The notes under the pieces: model-generated | Told to the model about the DNA's origin: nothing | Seen by the model: only the letters and a program-made list of their open reading frames with translations | The model's database searches: none | Position numbers and translations under genes: made by a program | Origin: Sedimentisphaerales bacterium | Lineage (GTDB): Bacteria > Planctomycetota > Phycisphaerae > Sedimentisphaerales > SM23-30 | Length of the DNA: 64,000 bases | Strand: one strand, 5' to 3' | Assembly (NCBI GenBank): GCA_963666285.1 | Contig: OY762711.1 | Shown here: in pieces, positions 53,138 through 63,915 of the stretch | Numbering within the stretch: position 1 is the first letter of the stretch | Layout of the letters: each line of letters opens with the position of its first letter

Positions 53138-56100
53138 TTAGTTATTTAGCGGCGTTGTTTTTTTAAGAGTATATATTTTTTCTAATTCTTTAATGCTGTT
53201 AAGTGTATCGGGATGGTTTTTGCCAAGTACTTCTGTTCTGCCCATGACAGCTTCCTTCAATAAAAGTTCTGCACGATCATAACGGCCCAGCAATATATTT
53301 AAGGTTCCATTGCCATGAATTGAAAGTAATGTTTGGGGGTCTTTGTCTCCCAGTACTTTTCTTCTGCCGGCAAGTGCTTTAGAATAATAAACTTCCGCTT
53401 GCTCTAACTTTCCCCAGTATTTGTAAAGGACAGAAAGTTTTATCATTGCAACTAATGTTGCGGGATGCATTTCGCCCAAAACAGCGGTTTTTCTATCTAA
53501 AACTTCAATAAATAGAGGTTCAGCTTTTTCATACTGCTCTGTATTCAAATATAAGGAGGCTAAATTATTTATTGTTTTCAATGTTGTCGGGTGATCTATC
53601 CCTAATGTAACCTTATAATTTTCTATGGCTTTTAAGAAAAGTATTTCAGCTTCCTGATATTTTTCGATTTTTTCATAAAATGAGGCTGTCTGACGCATTA
53701 CCCAGGAATATAGACTATGCTCTTGTTCATATTTATCTGCACAGCTTTTCATTGCTTCTTCATACAATGGTTTGGCTTGATCGTATTGCTTCAAATCTTT
53801 ATAAATAATGGCAAGGTTTACAATTGTTGCTATTGTGTTAGGTGCATCATTTCCATCTACTTCACGGAGCCCCTGTAGAGCTTCTATATATTTTTCTTTT
53901 GCTAATTCTAAATAACCCATATTGGAGTACAGTATGGCGAGGTTGTTGAGAGAGCTGAGTGTTCTGGAACCATGTTTTCCGTCAATCTTGGCTATCTCTT
54001 CATATACCTTCTCCAAAACAGGTTTTGCTTTATCATATAAGCCTTGTGATGTATATATATCAGCTAAATTGCCTTTTGTGATCAAAGTATCTAAATGATT
54101 GCCGCCTAGGACGGCTTCTTCGATGGCAATTGCCTTGTTGTAGTATGTAATAGCGTCATCATATTTCCCATTATTGGATAAAAAATTCGCGTAATTGTTA
54201 TAAACTGAAGCTGTAATGGGATGTTCTTCTCCCCATACATCAATACTGAGTGAGATTATCTCTTTAAATAAATTTTCAGCTTTATTGATTTGACCGGTTT
54301 GTTTATATAATAAAGCCAGATTAAGCATCGATTTAATTGTATCCGGATGTTTTTTGCCCCAATTGTTAATTTTATGTTCCAGAGCTATAGTGAATAGTTT
54401 TTCGGCTTCCTCATAGCGGCCGGTAACAGTATATATTTGAGCCAGATTATTTATAGAGTTTAACATTGAGGAATCTATCATATCTGGATTTTCGAGATAT
54501 GGCTTAAGTATTTTAAGAAACAATATCTCAGCTTCTTTGTATTTCCCTGTATCTGAATATAACGATGCAAGGTTATTTAATGCAACAGTTGTAAGAGGAT
54601 GCTCAAGGCCAAGTGTCTCTTGTCTTATTTCTAACACTTTTTTGCCTAATAATATTGCCTTATCATTCATATTCAAATGATAGTATATACTTGAAAGGTT
54701 TGCCATTACATTGATGGTTTGAGAGTTATTTTCACCAAGTTCCTTATTATAGATATCAAATGCCGGTTCAATATGTTCAAGGGCAATATTGTACCTGCCC
54801 AGTCCTTCATAGGTATTACCTAGAGTTTTTCGAACGGCAGCTTCAACTAAAGGAGCATTTTCAAATCTATTTTCAATTTTTTGGGAAGCGATATCCAGTA
54901 CGTCTCGTACAAGAACTTCTTTACCTTGCGCATTTTCAGGATCAACTGATGATAAAAGGTCTTTTGTTAGAAATTCATTAATAGCCTGGGCAATTTGTTT
55001 TTGCCGTTCGGCTTCTTCAAGTGCTTTTTTTGTTTCAATTTGCTGTTGTTCAGCTATATTTTTTTGTTTTTCAGCTTCTTGTTGCTTCTGTTCAGCATCA
55101 TTTTTTGCAATTGATTCATTATTGAGAGCTTGCTGGGTTTTATTTTTTTCAATGTTTAGCTTGATTGCCTGATAAGAGACAGTTACAGTTGATGCTAATA
55201 ATAGCAGGATAAATGCTGTCGAGCCAATTACAAGCGACTTATTTTTATACACAAATTTAGTTATTTTATATTTTACCGACTCCGGTCCTGCAATAAGCGG
55301 GTTCCCGGTTAGATAATTATGGATATCTTTCTCGAATTCAGATGCAGATGTGTATCTTTGGTTTCTTTCCTTGCGCAGGGCCATCATGGGAATCCATTCG
55401 AGCTCCTGGCTTAATCTTTTGGTAAGAGTTGTTACCGGTATTCTGCGGAGTTTGGCAATGTTCGGGGCCTTGTCCCTCATGCCGGACAGTTTGGTACTTG
55501 GTTTTTGGGGATCTACTTCCCTGATAATCCTTTGTATTTCATTATAACCGGCCTGTCTTAGTGTTTCTGGCTCAAAGGGCAATACACCGGCAAGCAGTTC
55601 GTACAGAATTACTCCAAGTGAATATATGTCGGTTCTTGTGTCGATTTCCTGTATTGATAGTCCGGCCTGCTCCGGGCTCATATATTCAGGAGTACCTAGC
55701 AGAGTTCCTCTTTCTGTAAAGAAAGTATTATCAGTTAAAGACTGATCCATTGCCTTGGCAATACCAAAATCTATGACTTTAGCAACTGCTTTTTTATCCT
55801 GCATAGCAACAAGGATATTGGATGGTTTTAGGTCTCTGTGGATTATTCCTTTTTGGTGTGCGTAATGAATGGCATTGCAAACTTCTTTAAATATATTCAG
55901 CCTTTCCTCTATTTTAAAATGTTCCCTGTCGCAGTATTTAGTTATTGGGATGCCCTCAATATATTCCATTACAAAATATGGCATTCCTGCGGTAGTTGCC
56001 CCGGCATCGAGTATTTTTGCTATATTTGGATGGTCAAATAATGTTAGTGCCTGCCTTTCAGCTTCAAATCGGTTAAGAACCTGCTTGGAGTCCATCCCAG

Positions 56101-56329
56101 GCTTAATGATTTTAAGTGCAACTTTTCTTTTAATCGGTTGTTCCTGTTGTGCCAGGTAAACGATTCCAAAACCACCTTCTCCCAGAACATCAATTAATTT
56201 ATATCTATCTACTGTGTTTCCCAGTTGGCTTTTAGGATTAATGTTAACTGCTGGCTGCTGGGAATCGATATAGCTCATCGTTGGAAATTTACTGTCATTT
56301 GAGTCCGGATTGTTGTTATTGCTATCCAT
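53138..56329 (-). CDS. Membrane Ser/Thr protein kinase with long TPR (42-aa) array
   Basis: LGEGGFGIVY, VALK, HRDLKPSN, DFG, GTPEYMSPEQ; TM segment; repeated LG.EHP.T....NNLA..Y. Confidence 0.95.
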   Translation of the reverse strand: MDSNNNNPDSNDSKFPTMSYIDSQQPAVNINPKSQLGNTVDRYKLIDVLGEGGFGIVYLAQQEQPIKRKVALKIIKPGMDSKQVLNRFEAERQALTLFDHPNIAKILDAGATTAGMPYFVMEYIEGIPITKYCDREHFKIEERLNIFKEVCNAIHYAHQKGIIHRDLKPSNILVAMQDKKAVAKVIDFGIAKAMDQSLTDNTFFTERGTLLGTPEYMSPEQAGLSIQEIDTRTDIYSLGVILYELLAGVLPFEPETLRQAGYNEIQRIIREVDPQKPSTKLSGMRDKAPNIAKLRRIPVTTLTKRLSQELEWIPMMALRKERNQRYTSASEFEKDIHNYLTGNPLIAGPESVKYKITKFVYKNKSLVIGSTAFILLLLASTVTVSYQAIKLNIEKNKTQQALNNESIAKNDAEQKQQEAEKQKNIAEQQQIETKKALEEAERQKQIAQAINEFLTKDLLSSVDPENAQGKEVLVRDVLDIASQKIENRFENAPLVEAAVRKTLGNTYEGLGRYNIALEHIEPAFDIYNKELGENNSQTINVMANLSSIYYHLNMNDKAILLGKKVLEIRQETLGLEHPLTTVALNNLASLYSDTGKYKEAEILFLKILKPYLENPDMIDSSMLNSINNLAQIYTVTGRYEEAEKLFTIALEHKINNWGKKHPDTIKSMLNLALLYKQTGQINKAENLFKEIISLSIDVWGEEHPITASVYNNYANFLSNNGKYDDAITYYNKAIAIEEAVLGGNHLDTLITKGNLADIYTSQGLYDKAKPVLEKVYEEIAKIDGKHGSRTLSSLNNLAILYSNMGYLELAKEKYIEALQGLREVDGNDAPNTIATIVNLAIIYKDLKQYDQAKPLYEEAMKSCADKYEQEHSLYSWVMRQTASFYEKIEKYQEAEILFLKAIENYKVTLGIDHPTTLKTINNLASLYLNTEQYEKAEPLFIEVLDRKTAVLGEMHPATLVAMIKLSVLYKYWGKLEQAEVYYSKALAGRRKVLGDKDPQTLLSIHGNGTLNILLGRYDRAELLLKEAVMGRTEVLGKNHPDTLNSIKELEKIYTLKKTTPLNN

Positions 56330-56644
56330 GAGATCCTCTAACTGATTTAGAAAATAAAGCCTGTCATAACCATGTCTCTTAAATTGTATATAGGTTTCTT
56401 AATAAAACAAGAAAAATAGAATGGATTAGGTAACTTCTTTTAATAAGGCAGTTTATGGGGAGGTCATTTTTATTGAATAAAATACCATTTTTGAGCAGGA
56501 TTGTAATTCAAGTTGAGTAACTAATACAGTAGTAAAAACAAATATAGTAATTTTCAGAGCAATATTACTGAAACTGAATATTGTATTTTCTGATAATAAT
56601 TACTATGAGATTGCATGTGTTATTTAATCTGAAAGGGTATAATC

Positions 56645-57070
56645 ATGAAATACGAAACTGATTTTAACAATTCTATTAAGATAGACAGTCTTGGAATGGC
56701 TGGCAATGCATCTATTGATATATATGATAGATATATATCAATTAAAGGCCGCAAATTTAACTGCGGCATAGTTAGAATTTTGAGCTTTATCTCATCATTT
56801 CTTTTTGTTACCTGCCTTGCCGTTATGTTTAATCTTAGCCTGGCTTTGTCAGGTGCAAGTTGTATGGGTGTTATAGTAATCTTTTGTTTTTCGATATTGA
56901 AACGTTCTACTGTATATTATAGTAAATCTACGGTTAACCATTTCAAAAGATACAGAAATGTTATTCTATTTAAAGCTACTGAACCTGGGCACAACTTACC
57001 GAGTGTAATTAAATTTAAAGCCAAAACTGAAAAGGATGCGATTGCTCTGGAAAATGCAATTGCCTGTTAA
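56645..57070 (+). CDS. Hypothetical two-TM protein
   Basis: RBS GAAAGGG, 141-aa ORF with two hydrophobic segments. Confidence 0.65.
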   Translation: MKYETDFNNSIKIDSLGMAGNASIDIYDRYISIKGRKFNCGIVRILSFISSFLFVTCLAVMFNLSLALSGASCMGVIVIFCFSILKRSTVYYSKSTVNHFKRYRNVILFKATEPGHNLPSVIKFKAKTEKDAIALENAIAC

Positions 57071-57132
57071 TTGATTATTTAGTAATGTATGTATGCAAAG
57101 TTCCATTCCATAATAGAACTTTGTAAATATTC

Positions 57133-58236
57133 TTAAAAATTATTTTTATTGGTATTATTTATTTTCAACACTTCTTTAATGGACCTGCTGTCTGCAACCA
57201 GATGAGTGATTATATGCGTTTCCTGGTTAAGGACGGCATTTAAAATACTGGACTTGGTTTTGCTGCATTTAGCACAAGGGCCCAATATTAATAATACTTT
57301 TTTATCTTTATTTATGAAATAATTTAACTCCTGCAGATTTTTAAGTAATGTCATAGAGCGTATCACTGTTACATTCGGATCTATTGCTTCCTTTTCGCCT
57401 ATAGGAAGCCAAAGTAAGTCTCCAATGCAATTTGCATTTTCTAATTTTTTCAAACATCCTTTAGAATTATTCATGTATTGCTTAAAAAGACTATGCTCAT
57501 CATCCCATGATGTGGCCGATGTTACGAATATGTCAATCTTTTCCTTTTCTTGAAACGCCTCTTTAACCCCGGCACGTTTTGTGATTTCTACATAATCTTT
57601 GGACTTGATCAGTGGTAAAGCATATAGACCGACAAAATCATATAAATTATTTGTTTCATTTTCCGACAGGAAAAACGTGAAGAAAGTATTCGGATCGGTT
57701 TTGGGTTCATGAACATTAAATCCGGCAACTAAAGCGTGAAAAAATATTTTTTGTGGAATTGGCTCCCGAAGATTTTCCAGAAGTTTTGAAAACTGATATG
57801 CCAGGATTCGCATCGCATGACCACCGGCAAAACCTACATGGATCTCTGATTTTTCAGAATGTCTGTATTCTTTTATTAAATCAAGCAGCATGTTGGCACC
57901 ATGAAAAGCAACATCGGAAAAGGTGGATGTGTGTACCACTTCAGAACGGGTGAGCCAGCTGTACCTGCTCTTAAATTGCATGCTGAGGTGAGCGTCAGTT
58001 GTAGGAGTATATTGAATCAGTTTATATTTCATAGCCTTATAGACCAGCGGCAGGATACTTTCTCGCGTTAAATTGACATTGGTATAGGCAGCTTTGATTT
58101 CTGTCAAAATTTCTGTCATTTTTAACCGCTGAAAAAACAGGTCGCAAACAACTGTAAGTTGTTCAAACTCATCCAGGGACTGCCAGGACATACAAGGGCT
58201 TGAAGACGCAGGGGAAACATCATTTTTTGTGGCCAT
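57133..58236 (-). CDS. SorC/LsrR-type sugar-binding transcriptional regulator
   Basis: N-terminal HTH-like region (LTRESILPLVYKAMKYKLI), HVGFAGGHAM, IGDLL, KSSILNAVL...ITHLVAD. Confidence 0.7.
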   Translation of the reverse strand: MATKNDVSPASSSPCMSWQSLDEFEQLTVVCDLFFQRLKMTEILTEIKAAYTNVNLTRESILPLVYKAMKYKLIQYTPTTDAHLSMQFKSRYSWLTRSEVVHTSTFSDVAFHGANMLLDLIKEYRHSEKSEIHVGFAGGHAMRILAYQFSKLLENLREPIPQKIFFHALVAGFNVHEPKTDPNTFFTFFLSENETNNLYDFVGLYALPLIKSKDYVEITKRAGVKEAFQEKEKIDIFVTSATSWDDEHSLFKQYMNNSKGCLKKLENANCIGDLLWLPIGEKEAIDPNVTVIRSMTLLKNLQELNYFINKDKKVLLILGPCAKCSKTKSSILNAVLNQETHIITHLVADSRSIKEVLKINNTNKNNF

Positions 58237-58284
58237 AGTATCACCTAATTTGCTGGTATATTATTGATTATTTTGTAATTAAAA

Positions 58285-58306
58285 ATTGCGAATGATTGTT
58301 CGCAAT
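58285..58306. promoter_or_regulatory. Palindromic operator candidate in divergent promoter
   Basis: ATTGCGAA-N6-TTCGCAAT, 49 bp upstream of the regulator start. Confidence 0.45.
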
Positions 58307-58677
58307 CCATATATTTATAATGGCAATCGAGAAATCTTACAAGCAATTTGTCATTTTTCAGTGTAAATCGTTGCATTATATAGTTTTACGGTTGTGCTTT
58401 TTCTTGCCTTTGTTTTCGCTTACTGCTAAAGTAACTATTGTTTAGCGTGGCTCTCCTTTTGGGGCTGCGGCATAAAAAAAATATTTTGCCTGGTGTTGCT
58501 ATGTTGTTGAATTCTATAATTTTACTCGTTTCGTCTTGTTTGTGGGGCAGTTATTTCAATTTTCTCTTCATCGCATTGTTTTCTATTTTCGTGCTCTTGT
58601 ATTTCTGTTTCCTGTGTCGTGTTGTTTATATTCGTTATTTTGCTGTAGTTTAATATTTAATTCTGCGGAGGTCTATT

Positions 58678-59694
58678 ATGCAAAGTTTAATAAGTCAATT
58701 TCTGTCCAAATACAAAAATTATGCTGCTGGTGAGTTGAAAAATATTGTTCAGTCTGATAATTATGATTTTGCGGACAACTGGTCCCGGTTCCTTTTTCGC
58801 GAATTGCTATTTGTTTTATTATTGGGTACTGAATTAGACCATTATCTGTCTCAAAATTATGGTTTGCTGCTGCGGTTGAAATCGTTAGGTTCTCAAAAGG
58901 ATGTAAATAACCTGTACAAAGTGAGACAAGAAATCCTGAGACTGTTTCTTCGGGTAGCTGATGCCGAAGCTCAACTGAAAAGGTGCGAAAAGTCAGCACA
59001 GGAAATTCGAGATGAATATCTTGAAAAATTTGGTACGTTCGAAAATGAAATATCTGCCATGATGCTTCAGTTTGCGGTTATTCAGGAATATCTTGAGTTG
59101 ACCGAAAGGTTTACCGGGAAAACTAAGGAAGCTCTCCTGGAAATGGCTAAACAAAACCTGGAATATGAAAACAGGTTAAAGGAAAATCAGTTCGATCTGT
59201 TTAAGATCAAAGAAATGAAGTTGAAAAACAGTATTGAAAGGAAAAAACGTGCCGAGATACTAAATCTTTGTGCTAAAGATAAACATATTTATTATGACTG
59301 TAATAATAATGGTCCGGACTATACGGATACAATATACAAAGTGATGCAGGCTAGAGATAATGTTTCTGCTGAAGATTGTCTGTTTTATTATTATTTCTCT
59401 GAGTATGTAAAAACTGAATCGAAACCTCTTCCGGAGATTCAATACCTGGGAAATGGCAGTGTTGTAGAAATTCTTGCGGTTCAGAATTCACTTTACAATA
59501 TTCTCCAGGTTAAATCAGATTCATCGTGCAGGCGTCTGGAACAGTTATTCAGCAGTGAATTGAACCGTATGTCTAGTGTTATTAGTTCGTCTAATGCTGA
59601 AAAATCTCATGAAGATTTTCTTGTCAGCAGGGTATCAGAGCTCAAAAATACTGTAAGTAGTCTGAAAAAGAAGTATGATATTGATTTATGCTAG
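58678..59694 (+). CDS. Hypothetical coiled-coil protein
   Basis: RBS GGAGG; 338-aa helical ORF. Confidence 0.75.
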   Translation: MQSLISQFLSKYKNYAAGELKNIVQSDNYDFADNWSRFLFRELLFVLLLGTELDHYLSQNYGLLLRLKSLGSQKDVNNLYKVRQEILRLFLRVADAEAQLKRCEKSAQEIRDEYLEKFGTFENEISAMMLQFAVIQEYLELTERFTGKTKEALLEMAKQNLEYENRLKENQFDLFKIKEMKLKNSIERKKRAEILNLCAKDKHIYYDCNNNGPDYTDTIYKVMQARDNVSAEDCLFYYYFSEYVKTESKPLPEIQYLGNGSVVEILAVQNSLYNILQVKSDSSCRRLEQLFSSELNRMSSVISSSNAEKSHEDFLVSRVSELKNTVSSLKKKYDIDLC

Positions 59695-60033
59695 GAATAC
59701 CTGAAACTACGGTCTTGCAAATTTAGAGCGGATATACCATAATAATACAGGCAATATAAATCAATAATTGTGCATAAGTGCGGTTTATGCTTCGCATCAT
59801 ATGCATGATGCACTTTTGACTGTTCAACATTACACGCAAAGGCCGAAATAGGGCCAATTAAGTGAAAAATGAATAAAGAATAGTGAAAATTTAAGGTGTT
59901 CGACTTTCGTCTCACATTTTGTTTAAATTCAAAATGTTGCAGAAAGGCCCTTTTAGGCGATTTTGCAACTTAAAACTGCGAAAGTAAACCATAATAAAGT
60001 TCGATTTTATGCCTGTTTCAGGAGTAACGAATA

Positions 60034-61311
60034 TTGAAAGCTGTTCAAATAGAGAAGCTGGAGCGGGGGATAATAGCCCGGTTTTGTCTTTATGGCTTTC
60101 TGAAAAATCAGAGATATTTTGAGCCATTTATACTGCTGGCTTTCATGGAAAAGGGGCTGTCTTTTTTTCAAATTGGTTTACTGGTAGGTTTTAGGGCACT
60201 GGTAGTAAATCTGCTTGAGATACCTTCAGGGGCAATTGCAGATCTATATGGTAGAATACGCACAATGATCTTTGCCTTTTGTGCGCATACTTTGTGTTTC
60301 TTAGTTTTTGCTTTTAGTGAACATTTATGGCATCTTTTCGCAGCAATGTTACTTTTTGGAATTGGTGAGGCTTTTCGAACGGGCACCCATAAAGCGATCA
60401 TTTTCGATTACCTCAAAAGTCGTGGACAACAGGACCAGAAGGTCAGGATTTACGGCCTTACCAGGAGTTTTTCTGAGACCGGTTCGGCTCTGTCGGCAAT
60501 CATAGCTGCAATTTTGATCTTTTGGCGTGGGAATTATAGTGATATCTTCTGGTTGTGTGCAATTCCATCTTTACTGAATATTATAAACTTCCTGGGATAT
60601 CCTGAATATCTCGAAAAGAAGTCGGCCAATAAATCACTTGATTTCAAACTTGTTTATCTTCATGTCTATAACTCCTTCAGGGGAATATGGAACGATAGCT
60701 GCCAGGGTAGAATTATACTGGAATCCTGCTGTTTTGACGGTACTTTAAAAGTTGTAAAAGATTATAATCAAATAGTTATCAAAAAGATTGCTCTGGGTCT
60801 TCCCCTCTTTACTGCTATTGCATCAGAAAAAAGGGTTGCTCTGCTAATAGGGATTGTTTATAGCTCTCTTTACATTATGACGAGTATTTCTGCCCGTATT
60901 TCATGGAGAATATGTGCCATTTACGGCAATGAAGATAATGCTTCCAGGCGAATATGGCAAGGTTCGGCTGCACTGTATAGTTTGATGGCTGTATCTCTTT
61001 TTTTCGATCTTCCATATTTTTCTATATTGCCTTTTATTGCGATTCTCATACTGCATAGCATGTGGCGGCCAATAATGATGGGAAGAATAAATACCTGCTG
61101 CCGGCAGGAACATGCTGCAACTACGTTATCCATCGAGTCTCAAAGCAGTTCCTTTTTTGCGATGCTGCTGGCTCCATTGCTTGGTTTTGCTGTTGACAGT
61201 TTTGGGTTAACTTCTATTGCGATAGTTGGATTTGTAATTTGTTTGAGCTTTATTCTGACTGGAAAAAGAAGTCTTGCGGAATTGTGTTCTAAATCATCCA
61301 GTCATACATGA
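60034..61311 (+). CDS. MFS transporter
   Basis: EIPSGAIADLYGRIR motif A, GEAFRTGT, ~12 hydrophobic segments; TTG start after AGGAG. Confidence 0.9.
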   Translation: MKAVQIEKLERGIIARFCLYGFLKNQRYFEPFILLAFMEKGLSFFQIGLLVGFRALVVNLLEIPSGAIADLYGRIRTMIFAFCAHTLCFLVFAFSEHLWHLFAAMLLFGIGEAFRTGTHKAIIFDYLKSRGQQDQKVRIYGLTRSFSETGSALSAIIAAILIFWRGNYSDIFWLCAIPSLLNIINFLGYPEYLEKKSANKSLDFKLVYLHVYNSFRGIWNDSCQGRIILESCCFDGTLKVVKDYNQIVIKKIALGLPLFTAIASEKRVALLIGIVYSSLYIMTSISARISWRICAIYGNEDNASRRIWQGSAALYSLMAVSLFFDLPYFSILPFIAILILHSMWRPIMMGRINTCCRQEHAATTLSIESQSSSFFAMLLAPLLGFAVDSFGLTSIAIVGFVICLSFILTGKRSLAELCSKSSSHT

Positions 61312-61387
61312 TGGCGATAAATCTGGTGGTATTATCATAATACTATCAGGTTGTTGCAGGTATTACAAAAATAGTATTAGACTATAG

Positions 61388-61909
61388 TTATTGCATCTCG
61401 TCACATATGGAAATAGCTTTGCTGAGTAAATCAGAAATTTCCATTCCTATCCAGTCCTGGCTTATGATTTTTTCAAGAGATCCCTTTATCTCCATATAGC
61501 TAAAGGAGCTTATCCTGGTGCCATTGTGGAATACCAGGGCGCTGCTTATTGCGGCATAATAAATTACGACAGAAACTTCTTGAAATAATTTATCATCTAT
61601 TTCTTTACGTTTTTTCTTTAAATCCTGCTTAATCTGCAGGAGTTGGTTAAGTTGGCTGTTAGGTGAAAGGAGAACAGTTAATAATGTCTGCTGGTTTTCT
61701 ATGCTATGGGCTTCGGCAAGTAAATTATTAAACATAACTGACCGGTCTTTATGTATCACATGGTCGAATTCAAATTTCTGCTCCAATATTGAATATAAAA
61801 ATTCACTTTTATCTGGGTTGCTATTTGAAATGTTACTGTCTTGAGTGCAGGATTTCAAAAAAGTGGTTAGCTTTTCTGGATTAACATTAATGAGAGTTTT
61901 TTTATCCAT
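61388..61909 (-). CDS. Hypothetical protein downstream of ECF sigma
   Basis: RBS GAAGGA; IYYAAISSALV..G.RIS motif; co-oriented with the sigma gene. Confidence 0.75.
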   Translation of the reverse strand: MDKKTLINVNPEKLTTFLKSCTQDSNISNSNPDKSEFLYSILEQKFEFDHVIHKDRSVMFNNLLAEAHSIENQQTLLTVLLSPNSQLNQLLQIKQDLKKKRKEIDDKLFQEVSVVIYYAAISSALVFHNGTRISSFSYMEIKGSLEKIISQDWIGMEISDLLSKAISICDEMQ

Positions 61910-61992
61910 ATTTATTCCTTCTTTACAAAATATAGTATTATGCTTATTGATATATATGCCAATACTATTATTATCTTGCGCAAAAAAAACAA

Positions 61993-62715
61993 TTATCCAA
62001 AAAATTCTATAAAATGATTTAGATAGTTGTCGTCGGAATTTTCTTCTGAAAAAGTGCCGGCCAGCATGTCGGTTAGTGTCTTTTTAAGTCTTCTTTTTAC
62101 AGTAACTAACATATTTGAAGCTGTTGATTCTGAGCCAATATCATACCTGCTGCATAGCTCGCTCATCGAGGGGGCTTTAACGTTTTCCATAAGCGGTTTG
62201 ATCAATTTTTCGTCAAAAACATTCCAGTGAATCTCCAGCTTATTTTCATAACACTGCGTCTTTACAGATGTTAAAGCTTTTTCCAGGATATTTACCGCCC
62301 AGATATAATCAAAGGCTTTTGCCGGGTCATTGGGAACATGTTCCGGCAAATCAAATTCCAGGTCGCTGTATGATGAGGTGCTGTCATGTTTTTTGGTTTT
62401 ACGTATGGAAGATTTGATATGATTGTCAAAAGAAGTCAGCAAAAAAGTTCTGAATTTCCCTCTTTCCGGGTCTGCTTTACTTAAAAAATCTTTTTCATAT
62501 AAGATTTTCAGGAGAAAATCCTGGGTATGATCCTTTGCGTTTTCTCGAGGGATTCCCTTACGTACCAGATAGGTATACAATGGTTTCCAGTAAACAGAAA
62601 ATATATATTCTTCCAGTATCTGGCCATCATCCGGTTTAGACTGTATGAATGTCCATTGAGTTGCTGGAAACTGAATATTGTTCCCGCCAATCCACGTTTG
62701 TTGCTTGTTATTCAT
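61993..62715 (-). CDS. ECF-type RNA polymerase sigma factor (planctomycete kinase-associated type)
   Basis: FPATQW, YWKPLY.Y..RKG, AKDHTQDF, ADPERGKFRTFL, FDYIWA, C-terminal HTH; start 62715 or 62772. Confidence 0.85.
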   Translation of the reverse strand: MNNKQQTWIGGNNIQFPATQWTFIQSKPDDGQILEEYIFSVYWKPLYTYLVRKGIPRENAKDHTQDFLLKILYEKDFLSKADPERGKFRTFLLTSFDNHIKSSIRKTKKHDSTSSYSDLEFDLPEHVPNDPAKAFDYIWAVNILEKALTSVKTQCYENKLEIHWNVFDEKLIKPLMENVKAPSMSELCSRYDIGSESTASNMLVTVKRRLKKTLTDMLAGTFSEENSDDNYLNHFIEFFG

Positions 62716-63003
62716 TATAATGCTCTTGGAATTACCAAATACTAATATTAATGTACAGCCATCTTTCAGCATTATTATAGCGGATATATAAAATATTTCT
62801 AGGAAATTGTCTTTTATCTAAACCGCATAAGTCTTTTGTAGTTAGTCTGTTACGTGTCTGTTACAGTTATTTTCCTGAGTTTCTCTTCTGCCGGGCGCAA
62901 GATAAGTGTTTTTACTGAATATATATTGCAGATTGTTAAGTTCAGTGACTGACAATGAAAGTTATCAATTTAAGTGATATTAAGAATTATAAGGAGTTAA
63001 AAA

Positions 63004-63915
63004 ATGTTAAAGAAAATTATTATTCTGGCTGTATTTACTTTCACCTGCCTGGCAGGGTGTGACAAAAATGACTCCCAGTCAAATACCGGAATAGCTGGTA
63101 GATCCAGCCTGACAGGTAAGTGGATCAGGGTTAATGATGGTTTCGAAAATATGGTAATAGAAATAACCAGTGATGTAAATGGAAACCTCAACGCAGATCT
63201 AATCTATGTTCCTGAATATGCATTGAACTACGGTTTTGAGTATGGTGACAAAAAAATTGTGTCTATTACTAAAACAGGATCCAATGAATTTTCTGCCCAA
63301 AGTTTATGCAAGTCATTTGATGGATATAATTATTTAACAGTAAACTATTCAGCGGTAAAAATTATTCAGTCAAATGATAAGTTAGTCATAAAGGATATGG
63401 TCTGGCAAAATAGATCTATTGGAAACATTCAGCATTGGGAACGAATTGCTGACGGAGATTCCAAAATGGCGTTTTACTATTACGGCAAGAGCAAAATTGC
63501 AGCAGATATTTCAAAATACAACGATAAAAATAAATATATCGCAAAAGCATTAAAAGCAGGTACTGATTCAGCTGAATTAGCTAATATTATAGCATGGGAT
63601 CTTGCGATAGATGGAAATGCTGACTGTACCAAAGCCCTGGATCTTGCCAAGAAGGCTTGTTCAAAGACTAATTATCAGAACCACATATATATCGATACAT
63701 TAGCAGCAGTATTTGCCCGTTTAGGATACTTTGAAAATGCAATTGATATTCAACAAAAGGCCTGCAAGTTATACATTGATAACTTTCAAAGTCTGTGGGT
63801 AGGCAGCAGCTCCGCTGAAAAGATTAAATATTGTAAGGAATATGATGATGATTACATTGCATATCTCAATAGATTAAATCTATACAAATCAAATCGACCT
63901 TATACTGAATATTGA
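63004..63915 (+). CDS. Lipoprotein with C-terminal TPR-like repeats
   Basis: RBS AAGGAG; lipobox LAGC; N.IAW.LA...ALDLAKKAC..T......IDTLAA..A..G.F..A...QQKA. Confidence 0.82.
   Translation: MLKKIIILAVFTFTCLAGCDKNDSQSNTGIAGRSSLTGKWIRVNDGFENMVIEITSDVNGNLNADLIYVPEYALNYGFEYGDKKIVSITKTGSNEFSAQSLCKSFDGYNYLTVNYSAVKIIQSNDKLVIKDMVWQNRSIGNIQHWERIADGDSKMAFYYYGKSKIAADISKYNDKNKYIAKALKAGTDSAELANIIAWDLAIDGNADCTKALDLAKKACSKTNYQNHIYIDTLAAVFARLGYFENAIDIQQKACKLYIDNFQSLWVGSSSAEKIKYCKEYDDDYIAYLNRLNLYKSNRPYTEY

Noticed and set aside
59794..59811. GCATCAT-atgc-ATGATGC hairpin and 74-aa minus-strand ORF between coiled-coil gene and MFS
   Set aside because: Isolated short palindrome, ORF without RBS or motifs; insufficient support
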